From IMG/VR virus record IMGVR_UViG_3300011335_000826, positions 24,254 through 88,253 of that record: a DNA stretch of 64,000 nt. One strand, given 5' to 3'. This DNA comes from a virus. Taxonomy: Duplodnaviria > Caudoviricetes. The notes beneath the pieces are model-generated. The model did no database searches, had not been told where the DNA came from, and saw only the letters and a program-made list of their open reading frames with translations. Below are positions 52,037-61,741 of this stretch, in pieces. How positions within the stretch are numbered: the stretch's first letter is position 1; each line of letters starts with the position of its first letter. Position numbers and translations under genes: made by a program.

Positions 52037-52956
52037 AACAGTTGTGGGTAGAGAAATATCGTCCAAACAAAGTGGACGGCTATGTGTTTGTAGACGAAGC
52101 ACAGCGTGAACAAGTTGAATCCTGGATCCGAGACGGAACCATTCCACACTTGTTGCTGAGTGGTGCAGCAGGCACAGGCAAGACCACACTGGCCAAGGTT
52201 CTGATCACGGAACTGGGTGTGGACGAATACGATGTGATGTATGTGAATGGATCCAAAGAAGGTCGTAAGATCGAATGGGTGGACAAACTGATCTCATTTG
52301 TGCAGACCATGCCATTTGGCAAGTTCAAAGTGGTCTTGATCGACGAAGCAGACTACATGAACAAAGAATCAGTACAGCCTGCACTACGCAACTTGATGGA
52401 AGACTACAGCAGCACAGTGCGATTCATCATGACTTGTAACTATCCACACAAGATCATTGATCCCATCCACAGTCGCTGTCAAGGTTTCCATATTACCAAG
52501 ACTGATCACACAGAATTCACTGCCCGTGTAGCCACTGTGCTGGTAGAAGAGAACATGGTGTTTGACTTAGATGTACTAGACACTTATGTCAAAGCCACAT
52601 ATCCTGATCTGCGTAAGTGTTTGAATCTTGTACAGATGAACTCACAGTCGGGCACATTGAGCCCGCCTAGTGCCACAGACAAAGCAGCCAAGGATTGGAA
52701 ACTGGACTGTGTGGACATGTTCAAGCGTGGGCAGATCCGTCAAGCCCGGACTTTGCTATGCCAAAGCTCTACCCCAGAGGAAGCGGAAGATGTGTTCCGT
52801 TGGATGTATGACAACTTGGATCTCTGGGGTAAGACCGACGAGCAAAAGGATCAGGCTGTGGTGATCATCCGCAATGGTATCGTGAATCACAACTCAGTGG
52901 CCGATGTAGAGATCAACTTGAGTGCTACGCTGATTGAATTAGCAAACATAAAATAA
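52033..52956 (+). CDS. Clamp loader AAA+ subunit (T4 gp44 / RFC-small-like)
   Basis: LWVEKYRP, G.AGTGKTT, DEAD, ALR..ME, TCNY..KII.PI.SRC. Confidence 0.93.
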   Translation: MKQLWVEKYRPNKVDGYVFVDEAQREQVESWIRDGTIPHLLLSGAAGTGKTTLAKVLITELGVDEYDVMYVNGSKEGRKIEWVDKLISFVQTMPFGKFKVVLIDEADYMNKESVQPALRNLMEDYSSTVRFIMTCNYPHKIIDPIHSRCQGFHITKTDHTEFTARVATVLVEENMVFDLDVLDTYVKATYPDLRKCLNLVQMNSQSGTLSPPSATDKAAKDWKLDCVDMFKRGQIRQARTLLCQSSTPEEAEDVFRWMYDNLDLWGKTDEQKDQAVVIIRNGIVNHNSVADVEINLSATLIELANIK

Positions 52957-52960
52957 AATT

Positions 52961-53605
52961 TTATTTGTGTTTATCGACTAAATGACACAGCACTCGGCTG
53001 ATGGCTCGGTGGCTGTTTAATCCAAATGTGTCAGGGTAAGTTGGTAATGATTGATCTAGATGAAATTTATTATATATACTGATTTCACTGATCACACTGC
53101 GTGGTAGAGAATACTGTATGTTATCCCAATAAACATAGATCACATGATGATTTTTACATAGCTCATTGATCTGATCAAAATAATCTAAAAATCGTCTTAT
53201 TGCCCAATCAGCGTCGAGATTGGTTTTTACCTTACCACAATCTCGATATCGATCCAGATTGTTTATCTGGATTAAAAATACATCATCACTATCTCTTTTG
53301 ATCATGTTATTTAAATTCTGCAGGTGATCATGATTTTCATGCAGATAACATCCAAACGAGCAATTGTTTAGATCAAGATTTAAGTGATGTGCAAGTTGAC
53401 TGACAAATGTATGCTGCTGGTTTAGTCCCAGGCCAAATGACAAAGTATTTCCTATCACATTCAAGCATCTACCATCATGTTTTTGCGATCTGAATCCACG
53501 CGAATCAAAAGAATAGCTCACTGTGTTGGTATTGTCTGGACCAAACTGTGTCACCGTGGTGTCGGCCAATTGTTTCATGTGGTCAGGGACAAACCATTTT
53601 TCCAT
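52961..53605 (-). CDS. Hypothetical protein (SGNH-like start motif)
   Basis: YSFDSRGFR...IGNTLSFG.G...TF. AT-rich, antisense to its neighbours. Confidence 0.6.
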   Translation of the reverse strand: MEKWFVPDHMKQLADTTVTQFGPDNTNTVSYSFDSRGFRSQKHDGRCLNVIGNTLSFGLGLNQQHTFVSQLAHHLNLDLNNCSFGCYLHENHDHLQNLNNMIKRDSDDVFLIQINNLDRYRDCGKVKTNLDADWAIRRFLDYFDQINELCKNHHVIYVYWDNIQYSLPRSVISEISIYNKFHLDQSLPTYPDTFGLNSHRAISRVLCHLVDKHK

Positions 53606-54324
53606 GACAGAATTTCCTTGAGTATTGCTGTTTGTTGATTTTTTATCACCGGTTGATTGCCTAAGAATTTCTTATAAAAATTTTGACTGTTTTTTTCTTT
53701 ATAAATTTCATAAACCTCATGCCATTTATCTAACCGAGATGAATCAATTGATATTTCTAGATAGTCAAACAACTTATAGATATGCTGGTCAAGAGTTTCA
53801 AACATGCTGGTGTAATCTAACATGTAAAACTGATTGTCTATGGTGGGTTGATAGTATCCTACAAGCATTTTGTGGCAATCAGTTATGACTTTTTTCACCG
53901 TGGTGTTATCATATTTTACACTAAGCTCACTTACTAGCTGTAGGACACTATTTTTTTCTTCTGAATTATTATGTTCTTCCTCTAATACTATGCAAAACCT
54001 TGACAAGATTTTTTCACCATGGATCAATGGATTAAAAATTATTTTTCTTCCTGGCAAAGATACTATATACTCATAGTGAGATTGTGAGTTAGGAACTACA
54101 TAAACAATACTGTGTTTGTGACCCGATGACAATAAACTTTTTGATTTTTCAAACCTCAAATGATCTTTGATATTTTTGTGTGCAACGGCTCCTTGAAACG
54201 GATCACTGGGCACTGGATACAAGATTCCATCCAATGTTTGATAAAAGTCATCTCCTCGTAAAAAAGAAATTGTCCAATTTAAAAAAGAAAATCCGCACCC
54301 TGCTGGACCAATTGTTAAAATCAT
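53575..54324 (-). CDS. Hypothetical protein (sulfotransferase-like P-loop start)
   Basis: MILTIGPAGCGFSFLNW. AT-rich. Confidence 0.6.
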   Translation of the reverse strand: MILTIGPAGCGFSFLNWTISFLRGDDFYQTLDGILYPVPSDPFQGAVAHKNIKDHLRFEKSKSLLSSGHKHSIVYVVPNSQSHYEYIVSLPGRKIIFNPLIHGEKILSRFCIVLEEEHNNSEEKNSVLQLVSELSVKYDNTTVKKVITDCHKMLVGYYQPTIDNQFYMLDYTSMFETLDQHIYKLFDYLEISIDSSRLDKWHEVYEIYKEKNSQNFYKKFLGNQPVIKNQQTAILKEILSWKNGLSLTT

Positions 54325-54335
54325 TATGAAATAAT

Positions 54336-54632
54336 ATGCGCTATCTTTTATTTACCTACTACAAAAAGCCCAACGGGCAAATTGACGAAACCACGGCCGT
54401 GGCCCGAAATCTCAAAATGCGTGATCACCAAACAGCCAGTGTGATCTTGGACTTCAAAAAACTTGCTGTGGTCAAAGCACAACTAAACGGCGTAAGTGTT
54501 CCTAAGGATTTCAACCGTATTGTTGAATACTACATGCAGCACTACGAAAACATCATCAAGCGACTATTTAAAGAAAATGGATACGAAATTGAACTTACAA
54601 AACCTGAACAAGAACAACATGATCCTAGTTGA
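54336..54632 (+). CDS. Hypothetical protein
   Basis: MRYLLFTYYKKPNGQIDE, ASVILDFK. Confidence 0.75.
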   Translation: MRYLLFTYYKKPNGQIDETTAVARNLKMRDHQTASVILDFKKLAVVKAQLNGVSVPKDFNRIVEYYMQHYENIIKRLFKENGYEIELTKPEQEQHDPS

Positions 54633-55209
54633 TGCCGATGGCGTATTGCTAGACTGGGCCGGGCACTTTGATGAATGGATGGTCAGTCACGGCCATGAAC
54701 TACAAGATCCCAATGCATACTTTATCGACCAACGCTTTGATGTGACTTACAACATGAGTCGTAACTGTGTGAAGCAGTTCAACGAATCTGCTACCATTGG
54801 ATACTTAGATGCATTAAGAGATGCTCAATGGTATGTGCGTAAATTGCACGAACGGCATGGCTACACATTTCACTTGATCACCAGTCTCAGTCGAGACCGG
54901 TATGCCATGCGAGCAAGGGAAGCAAACATCCGTCGCTTGTTTGGTAAAACTGCATTCAGTCGCTTTGTGTTCTTGGACACAGGTGCAGACAAACATGAAG
55001 CACTAGCAGAATACAAGGACTCAGGTTGCTGGTGGTTGGAAGATAAAGTGGAAAATGCCGAAGTGGGCTTGGATTTTGGATTACGCTCAGTGCTGATGGC
55101 ACACGGGTATAACGAGAACTATCAAAATCCCCGTATACCCGTGGTCCAAGACTGGCATGGTTTCTATCAGTTAGTTATTGATCATAAAGAGCCAGTACCT
55201 TTCCGATAA
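54619..55209 (+). CDS. HAD-superfamily 5'(3')-deoxyribonucleotidase-like protein
   Basis: ILVDADGVLLDW, ITS, K, LEDK..N. Confidence 0.85.
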   Translation: MILVDADGVLLDWAGHFDEWMVSHGHELQDPNAYFIDQRFDVTYNMSRNCVKQFNESATIGYLDALRDAQWYVRKLHERHGYTFHLITSLSRDRYAMRAREANIRRLFGKTAFSRFVFLDTGADKHEALAEYKDSGCWWLEDKVENAEVGLDFGLRSVLMAHGYNENYQNPRIPVVQDWHGFYQLVIDHKEPVPFR

Positions 55210-55906
55210 TTGGGTGGCGTTGTATGTCTCGTCCGTTTAGCCTGCAAACAGCCATTCCTGTGACTGGGTAGTGCTCTAAGCGTGAGCAGAGATCTAACAA
55301 ACCGTTTTGTCCTCGGGCTCTATCAGCTTGTTCCACATCTCCAGTGACCACGATGCGTGATTCAGTGCCTATGCGACTCAGCAGCATTTTCATCTGTGCT
55401 GGCGTGGCGTTCTGCATTTCATCGGCGATGATCCACGCATGTTTAAATGTGCGACCTCGCATGTAAGCCAAGGGTGATATTTCGATAGTGCCATCGTCTA
55501 TCATGGCTGCAATTTCAGGCGGGCGATAGTATTCACGCAATACATCCAGCAAGGGACGAGTCCACGGCTCCATCTTGGCAACGAGATTCCCGGGTAAGAA
55601 CCCGTGCTGTTCGTCTTCTACGCCAATGGCCGGTCGTGTTAGGATGATGCGTTTTGCTTCACCTGATCTGAACGCTTTCACAGCAGCCAACATGGCCAGG
55701 TAGGTTTTACCTGTGCCTGCGGGTCCAACTGCGACCACGATACTTTGATCTGTGTTGAGTAGATTTAGTATGAGATTTTCTTGATTTCTTGATTTGGGGA
55801 TGAGTTCTATAGGTCTTTGTCGCTGCTTGGGTTGGTTAAAAGGAATTGTGTTTTCTACCATGATTTGTTTTTGTATTTGGGCTTTGGCCCCTCTTTGTCT
55901 ACTCAA
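55175..55906 (-). CDS. phoH: PhoH-like ATPase
   Basis: GPAGTGKTYLA, TRP, GFLPG, PLAYMRGRTF, DEMQN, GD.EQ.D. TTG start after AGGAG. Confidence 0.93.
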   Translation of the reverse strand: MSRQRGAKAQIQKQIMVENTIPFNQPKQRQRPIELIPKSRNQENLILNLLNTDQSIVVAVGPAGTGKTYLAMLAAVKAFRSGEAKRIILTRPAIGVEDEQHGFLPGNLVAKMEPWTRPLLDVLREYYRPPEIAAMIDDGTIEISPLAYMRGRTFKHAWIIADEMQNATPAQMKMLLSRIGTESRIVVTGDVEQADRARGQNGLLDLCSRLEHYPVTGMAVCRLNGRDIQRHPIIGKVLALYDQ

Positions 55907-56069
55907 GTGTGTTTCTCCTAGTTAAGTTACCTTTCGATAACACGAATATTTAGGCCTGTGCCGTCTGAAATCTATGTATCGAAATTTCAGAAGATCCTGG
56001 GGTAAGTATTAGGCTTTGCGGAGAGAAATCAAAGCAAACCAGTTCTAGTCTCTTGCCATAAATATCCGT

Positions 56070-56663
56070 ATGGACGAAAATATCTTTAAGAACCATCAAG
56101 ACTACTGGATGGTGGCCGACAACATCCGTGATCTGTACCTGTCAGAAGGTAGTTTGCTCACACTGTTGGATTTTGAGCGTGTGCTAGACGAACTGGATAT
56201 GTACGCATTCCGGAACTGGAATCGCGGCGAACTGGTTCAAGGCCCAGACATCGGCAAATACAAGGTCACCTGCATATTCATGTGGCCCGAGAATCTCATG
56301 CCTGATCCCCGCGGTGGACGCAGATTGTTGCCCTTTGACTGTGATGTAAAGTACAAAAAAGTAGACATGAAAATCCCTATCAAGGTCACAGAACCCAGTG
56401 ACTACGAAGCAGGCACGCATATCGCTAGATTGATAACTAAAAAAGTATGGTTAGTAGAAATTACCATGCCCAAGAACTTGATAGCAGACATACGCACAGG
56501 CAGTATCGATCTAGAAGGTGAAGAGATTGATCTAGCAGATCTCGACGACGCTTATGCAGAAGATATCGACCAAGATCAATACAAAAATGAAGAGAGCGCA
56601 AATGCAGCACAACAACAACTTCAACAACCAGCAGCAGCCCCAGGTGCACCACCGCCAGCTTAA
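56070..56663 (+). CDS. Conserved phage protein
   Basis: LLDFERVLD..D.Y.F.NW..GELV.GP...FMWP...MPDP.G. TAAATA 5 nt upstream. Confidence 0.8.
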   Translation: MDENIFKNHQDYWMVADNIRDLYLSEGSLLTLLDFERVLDELDMYAFRNWNRGELVQGPDIGKYKVTCIFMWPENLMPDPRGGRRLLPFDCDVKYKKVDMKIPIKVTEPSDYEAGTHIARLITKKVWLVEITMPKNLIADIRTGSIDLEGEEIDLADLDDAYAEDIDQDQYKNEESANAAQQQLQQPAAAPGAPPPA

Positions 56664-57192
56664 CGAAGGCCTGGGCTACAAAGATATGGAGGGCATGATG
56701 AAGCCCACTATCCATATCGACGAGTTCTCGAGCAAGATGGGCGAAGATGCCGATGTGATCGTCGTGAGCTTCTTTGTGCGTGATAAACAAGCAGCCAAAG
56801 ATCTCATGCATTGGTTTGAAAAGGGCTATGATTTTGTGCTAGATGCCGATACCAGCCCGGGTGAGATCAAACCCAATCGCTATCTAGTATACATTGAGAT
56901 GCGTAGACGCAATGCTGCTCCTAGACAGATCGAGGAAATCCTGGACGATCTTGGTACACTCACAGAGTATGATAGCTCTGATGATTGGACCATGGTCTAC
57001 AAAAAGAAACGGCACGATTGGAGCCCGGAAACTTTTGCCAAACTGGTACCACTCACGCCCAACGAATATCGTGAACGCACCGAAGGTGACTTAAATGAAA
57101 TGCGTATTGCTGCCGGGCTAAATGTCAAGCCAATCTATACCACTGTGAGCCCGGATCTACAAGCTCTGCAATCAGCAGCAGGTATACTATAA
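56644..57192 (+). CDS. Conserved phage protein (start uncertain: GTG 56644 or ATG 56602)
   Basis: LNEGL...IHIDEF.SKMG.D...SFFV...A.DL..WFEKGY..LDAD.S.GE. Confidence 0.75.
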   Translation: MHHRQLNEGLGYKDMEGMMKPTIHIDEFSSKMGEDADVIVVSFFVRDKQAAKDLMHWFEKGYDFVLDADTSPGEIKPNRYLVYIEMRRRNAAPRQIEEILDDLGTLTEYDSSDDWTMVYKKKRHDWSPETFAKLVPLTPNEYRERTEGDLNEMRIAAGLNVKPIYTTVSPDLQALQSAAGIL

Positions 57193-57915
57193 TTTGGTGT
57201 AAACAAAATACAATCGATCATTGGCATCACGCTTGAATGTGTCCAAACGCAGATTGTAAGTTTCCGCAAACTCATTTACTACTTCAAAGCACCAGGGGAA
57301 TATGTCCACATACGGCCCTGTTTTGTGTGTGATACCTGGATTGGCCCGCAGATAAAACTTCCCACCTGACTTCAGTAAATCCACGCAGTGACTGAATCGC
57401 TGCTCAATGTCCGATCTACTGTTGAAGTTGATTGACCCTAGCGCAATGATCACATCGTGGCTCGCTGGTTTTACTCGATATTCCAGAATGTCCACTTCAT
57501 AATCAGCACAGTTATTGTAAGGATCAATACCCACAAGATTGTGTATACGGCCTTTGAATGGGTGATACCCGCAGCCCACATCTAGCACTGATTGGGGTTC
57601 TAGCGCATTGACCTCGTCCACTAGACTCCACCCTGTGTGTTCGTAATCACCGGTCCTGGGTTTCCAAATTTCAGCAAAGAACCTATGTGTGTAGCGTTCA
57701 CTGAGATCATCCACGATTTCTCGCAGCGTGCCACGATATTCACAGGGCAAACTGAGCTCGGCTTCTACAGCATCTTTGAACTTGCGATAGCGAACAGGGG
57801 TCCAGGGCAACTGATCTACTTGGGTTTCTTCAGTGATAGAAATTTTGCTATACTTGGGCAAAATAAACGCACTCTGCAAATTTTTTGTGATTAGGGAGAA
57901 AATTTTTGTGTTCAT
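57187..57915 (-). CDS. SAM-dependent methyltransferase with small N-terminal domain
   Basis: VLDVGCG, GIDP, ALGSINF, LKSGG. Start placed at ATG 57915. Confidence 0.8.
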   Translation of the reverse strand: MNTKIFSLITKNLQSAFILPKYSKISITEETQVDQLPWTPVRYRKFKDAVEAELSLPCEYRGTLREIVDDLSERYTHRFFAEIWKPRTGDYEHTGWSLVDEVNALEPQSVLDVGCGYHPFKGRIHNLVGIDPYNNCADYEVDILEYRVKPASHDVIIALGSINFNSRSDIEQRFSHCVDLLKSGGKFYLRANPGITHKTGPYVDIFPWCFEVVNEFAETYNLRLDTFKRDANDRLYFVYTKL

Positions 57916-57966
57916 ATAAAATTTTTGGTAAATAACTTTGATTTCAAACATATTTAAGGAGAAGTT

Positions 57967-58950
57967 ATGAACATCAAAAAAATACTAGCAACTTTGGTTC
58001 TTGTGCCCGCAATAGCATTTGCCTGGGAACCCACAAAACCCGTCACAGTGATCGTGGGCAATACCCCCGGTGCAGGCAACGAGATAGCGTTTAGGAAACT
58101 GGCTGAGATCGTTCAAAAGACCAATCCCAAGGTTAGCTTTGTAGTTGAGAACCGCCCGGGTGTGGATTCGGCATTGGCCAACAACTACTTTCTAACACAA
58201 GCACCGGATGGACACACAATCAACTTGCCAAGTCACATGAGCAGTTATGTGACCAATGACATCTGGGAAAAGAGTGTGAAGAAATACAACTACGATTCAT
58301 TTGTAGATGTGTTGACCATGGGCAAATCACCTCTGGTGCTAGTGGCACATCCTAGCAGTACAGTAAACACCCCACAGGATTTTGTCCGGTTGATCAGCAC
58401 TACCACACGCCCAATCAATGTGGCACTAGGCGGCGGCGCACATAGAACAGCATATGAATACTTGATGGACCGCGGCAAAGGTAACAGACAGCAGGTGCAA
58501 CCTATCAAATTCAACGGTCCCATGCCAGCGGTAGTAAGCGTGGCATCCTTTGATCCTAAAAATGGTGGAACTGAATTTGGCATCATGCCCATTGCTGTGG
58601 CCCGTGCTCTGGTAGAAGGCGGCAAAGTCAAACCCATTGGATTCACTGGCACACAACGGATGCCGCAATTCCCTACAGTGCCCTTGCTGAAAGATGTAGC
58701 ACCCGGTATCAATGTGTATGCCGCGTGGAGCATCCAACTGCCACCCAACACGCCCAAGGACATTGTAGAATGGTATCAGAAGAATTTCAGTGCTGCTGTG
58801 CGTAGTAAGGAATATGCTGAATGGAGAGAACTCAATGTGGTGTTCTACGAAGAAGATGAGCTCACACCTGCAGGCCTGCGTCGACACATGGACGAATTAC
58901 GAGCCTCCTTTATTCCTGTGCTGAGTCGAATTGATTTAAGTAAAGAGTGA
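57967..58950 (+). CDS. Tripartite tricarboxylate transporter substrate-binding protein (Bug/TctC family)
   Basis: Signal AFA-WEPTKPVTVIVG..PG.G, VVENRPG, APDGHT, VP.L, LP..TP. Confidence 0.88.
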   Translation: MNIKKILATLVLVPAIAFAWEPTKPVTVIVGNTPGAGNEIAFRKLAEIVQKTNPKVSFVVENRPGVDSALANNYFLTQAPDGHTINLPSHMSSYVTNDIWEKSVKKYNYDSFVDVLTMGKSPLVLVAHPSSTVNTPQDFVRLISTTTRPINVALGGGAHRTAYEYLMDRGKGNRQQVQPIKFNGPMPAVVSVASFDPKNGGTEFGIMPIAVARALVEGGKVKPIGFTGTQRMPQFPTVPLLKDVAPGINVYAAWSIQLPPNTPKDIVEWYQKNFSAAVRSKEYAEWRELNVVFYEEDELTPAGLRRHMDELRASFIPVLSRIDLSKE

Positions 58951-59567
58951 AATATATCTTTGTAGCCGGCGCTCCAGGCTCTAAATGGAGCAGCGTAGTA
59001 AAGAATATCTACTACAGTCCCGACATTGATTCAAGCGATTATTCCAATGCTAGGACTTATTATCACGACGCCAGTGGGAAAATGGAACTCATGCATCTAG
59101 GCGCATATTTTGATCCGGGCATGGAGTTTGGCAGCTTCTTCCATAGGCTACAGGAGCATGGGTGGTTTGAATGTGAAACAGAATTCGATCGGCCATTCGC
59201 CGGCACAGGTGTACGCATTATCAAAAGTCATGTGTTTGCCGACAATATCGATTACATTAAACGGACCTGGCCCGATTGCCCTGTTGTATTAGTACACAGA
59301 CCCGACGATGCTTGTTTAGGTTGGTGGGTCAAATGCGGCCATTTCGATATCACATATCCTGACTATCACGGATATTACAAGAATTTAAAAACAATGGCCC
59401 AGATCATCCAACGGCAGAACCGTGGTATCATTGCATCGTCAATGATATATCCGGGCAAGAATCCATTGACAAATCTTCAATTATGCACTATGTTGGGCAT
59501 AGAGCCGCCGCCTGCGGACTATTCGCAGGATTATGGACAATCAGATGTAAGGGTAACAGTTATATGA
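58947..59567 (+). CDS. Sulfotransferase-fold (P-loop-like) protein
   Basis: IFVAGAPGSKWS, IIKSH, VLVHR. Confidence 0.55.
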   Translation: MKYIFVAGAPGSKWSSVVKNIYYSPDIDSSDYSNARTYYHDASGKMELMHLGAYFDPGMEFGSFFHRLQEHGWFECETEFDRPFAGTGVRIIKSHVFADNIDYIKRTWPDCPVVLVHRPDDACLGWWVKCGHFDITYPDYHGYYKNLKTMAQIIQRQNRGIIASSMIYPGKNPLTNLQLCTMLGIEPPPADYSQDYGQSDVRVTVI

Positions 59568-60259
59568 AATCAAATTGGGAAGAATCAAAGAAACGCAGTA
59601 GATACCATTTTGATCCGCAGCGTAGAGATCAAGCACATGAAGTGATTGAACACTTGGGTCGTTTGGCTCCTATATGGTTGGATGACATCGACGAGATCGT
59701 CGCCGACTCAAAACCCGCTACCTGGGAAACTCGAGGCTACAAAGGTGAAGGCGTGCTGCCACCTAGAGAAGATCTACTAGCAGAAGAATACGACCTCATC
59801 CAGGCAGGCATGGCAGTGAATACCACTATCACACACTTGAACTGGCATTTACCACCTAGCCTGCAACTCATAGCTGATCAATTTGGCCTGGATGATGCCA
59901 TGTATAGGATACATGTGCAGAGACCCGGCGAAGTATGGAATCTACACATCGACAAACTGCAAAAATGGAATCCCGACGCCTGGAACAATGTGCTCAGAGT
60001 ATTCATACAACTTACAGACTGGCAACCTGGGCAGTTCTGGGAATACGGCAACTATCACTGGAATCAATGGCGTGCTGGAGATGTGAGTACATTTGACTGG
60101 CACAACATTCCGCATTGCACCGCTAATGCAGGCTATCATCCCAGGGTCACATTCCAACTCACTGGCTGTATCACAGAAAAGACTAGAGAATTCTTAGAAG
60201 TATTAAAATACCCTAATTATCGGACCAAAAGAATTTCAGACATTTTAAACAACCGATGA
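59564..60259 (+). CDS. 2OG-Fe(II) oxygenase / cupin-fold protein
   Basis: PGEVWNLHID (HxD), WRAGD, PHCTAN, RVTFQLTG. Confidence 0.7.
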   Translation: MKSNWEESKKRSRYHFDPQRRDQAHEVIEHLGRLAPIWLDDIDEIVADSKPATWETRGYKGEGVLPPREDLLAEEYDLIQAGMAVNTTITHLNWHLPPSLQLIADQFGLDDAMYRIHVQRPGEVWNLHIDKLQKWNPDAWNNVLRVFIQLTDWQPGQFWEYGNYHWNQWRAGDVSTFDWHNIPHCTANAGYHPRVTFQLTGCITEKTREFLEVLKYPNYRTKRISDILNNR

Positions 60260-60876
60260 AAACTATACTAATACTTACAGGCCCGCAAGGCTCCGGAAAT
60301 CATTTATGGTCCAAGATATTTGCCCTACATCCACAGGTAATAGGATGGCAAGCATTGTTAACGGAATATTGGATCGGGCACGACCAAGAACCATTTGCGC
60401 CTTATTGGCAGGATCCCTCACAATTAAAATATTATCGCTGGGCACAAAGCGATTGGTTTGTGACTTCAATGAGTGTGCCTTACATGAACAATGGAGAAGC
60501 CACTGTGCCTGATTTCCGAAGTTTTGTGCGCGAAGTACAGAACCTCGGACACAGGGTAAAGTTTGCTATAATTGGTCGCGATCAAAACATAGTGAGAATG
60601 CAGGAAACCCGAGTTCGTGGCGCACCTACTGTGGATCAAGCTATAGCAGCATATGATCAACTTGCAGCGCCGGTGTTTCTCAGTTATGAATTATTGCATC
60701 TTTATGGTCGGAAATATCTAGAAAGTGTGTCGCAGCAGTTGGGATTTCCTATAGCTGCCGGAGATCCACGCTTAGAAACCATCATGGACGAAGATACCAA
60801 CAGTAAATATTTCAGCCCCATCAAGCATCATCCCACAGATGATCTTGCTCAACACTCTTCAAGGAAATGGCAATGA
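60256..60876 (+). CDS. Sulfotransferase-fold (P-loop-like) protein
   Basis: LILTGPQGSGNH, IIGRD, FLSYELL. Confidence 0.55.
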   Translation: MKTILILTGPQGSGNHLWSKIFALHPQVIGWQALLTEYWIGHDQEPFAPYWQDPSQLKYYRWAQSDWFVTSMSVPYMNNGEATVPDFRSFVREVQNLGHRVKFAIIGRDQNIVRMQETRVRGAPTVDQAIAAYDQLAAPVFLSYELLHLYGRKYLESVSQQLGFPIAAGDPRLETIMDEDTNSKYFSPIKHHPTDDLAQHSSRKWQ

Positions 60877-61730
60877 ACGCACAGAAAATACTCATAATGG
60901 GCCTACCGGGCTCGGGCAAAACATATCTTGCCACGGCATTGAAACTGTATCTAGAAACAAACAGCAGCATAAAGACCATGCCCATGTATCGTAGTGTGAA
61001 CATGGAACATGCTCCTGTGACATATACTTCTCAAGTGGATTGGTTCAATGCCGATGAGATACGCAAACGCTACAATGACTGGGATTTCAGCAGAGAAGGA
61101 CGCATACGCCAAAGTCTACGCATGGCTGAGTTTGCGCTAAAATGCACAGGTGATTATGTGATCTGTGACTTTGTTGCTCCCTTGGTGGAACAGCGCAACA
61201 ACTTCAAAGCCGACTGGACCATTTGGATGGACACAATTGATGCTGGCCGTTATGCGGACACCAATCAAGCGTTTGTACCGCCGGAAGTTTATGATTTCCG
61301 CATCACAGAACAAAATGCAGATCGATGGGCAGAATTCATTGGGCAACACATATTAGAAAATCGCCGCAGACCCACATTTGATTGGCAAAAAGAAACTGTG
61401 CAGATGCTGGGTCGTTGGCAACCTTGGCATGCAGGCCATAGAGCATTGTTTGATCGTGCTATTGCCAAAACTGGACAGGTTGTGATACAGGTGCGTGATT
61501 GTCAAGGTTGGCAAGGATCAAATCCTTTTGCTATAGATCAAGTGAAGAATAATATACGCAGAGATCTGGACCCTTTGTATCAAGGTCAATACGAGATACA
61601 AGTAGTGCCCAACATTGTAAACATCACTTACGGGCGTGATGTAGGGTACCGAATTGAACAAGAAACATTTGATGACGCCACACACGATATCTCGGCCACC
61701 AAGATAAGAGCGAGCATGGGTTTGAAATAA
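60873..61730 (+). CDS. APS-kinase-like (CysC) domain fused to an HxGH nucleotidyltransferase
   Basis: GLPGSGKT, NAD..R...DW.FS.EGR.RQ, ICDFVAP...R; then LGRWQPWHAGH and ISAT.IR. Confidence 0.8.
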   Translation: MNAQKILIMGLPGSGKTYLATALKLYLETNSSIKTMPMYRSVNMEHAPVTYTSQVDWFNADEIRKRYNDWDFSREGRIRQSLRMAEFALKCTGDYVICDFVAPLVEQRNNFKADWTIWMDTIDAGRYADTNQAFVPPEVYDFRITEQNADRWAEFIGQHILENRRRPTFDWQKETVQMLGRWQPWHAGHRALFDRAIAKTGQVVIQVRDCQGWQGSNPFAIDQVKNNIRRDLDPLYQGQYEIQVVPNIVNITYGRDVGYRIEQETFDDATHDISATKIRASMGLK

Positions 61731-61741
61731 TAAATATCTGC

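Noticed and set aside
55907-56069. Pho box upstream of phoH
   Set aside because: Only a TAAATA late promoter and a GTTATC-GAAA-GGTAAC leader hairpin were seen, with no 11-bp direct repeat.
56554-56663. Long dual-coding overlap (poly-Q / poly-N frames)
   Set aside because: A GTG at 56644 gives a short ordinary overlap, and low-complexity CAA/CAG repeats explain the open frame.
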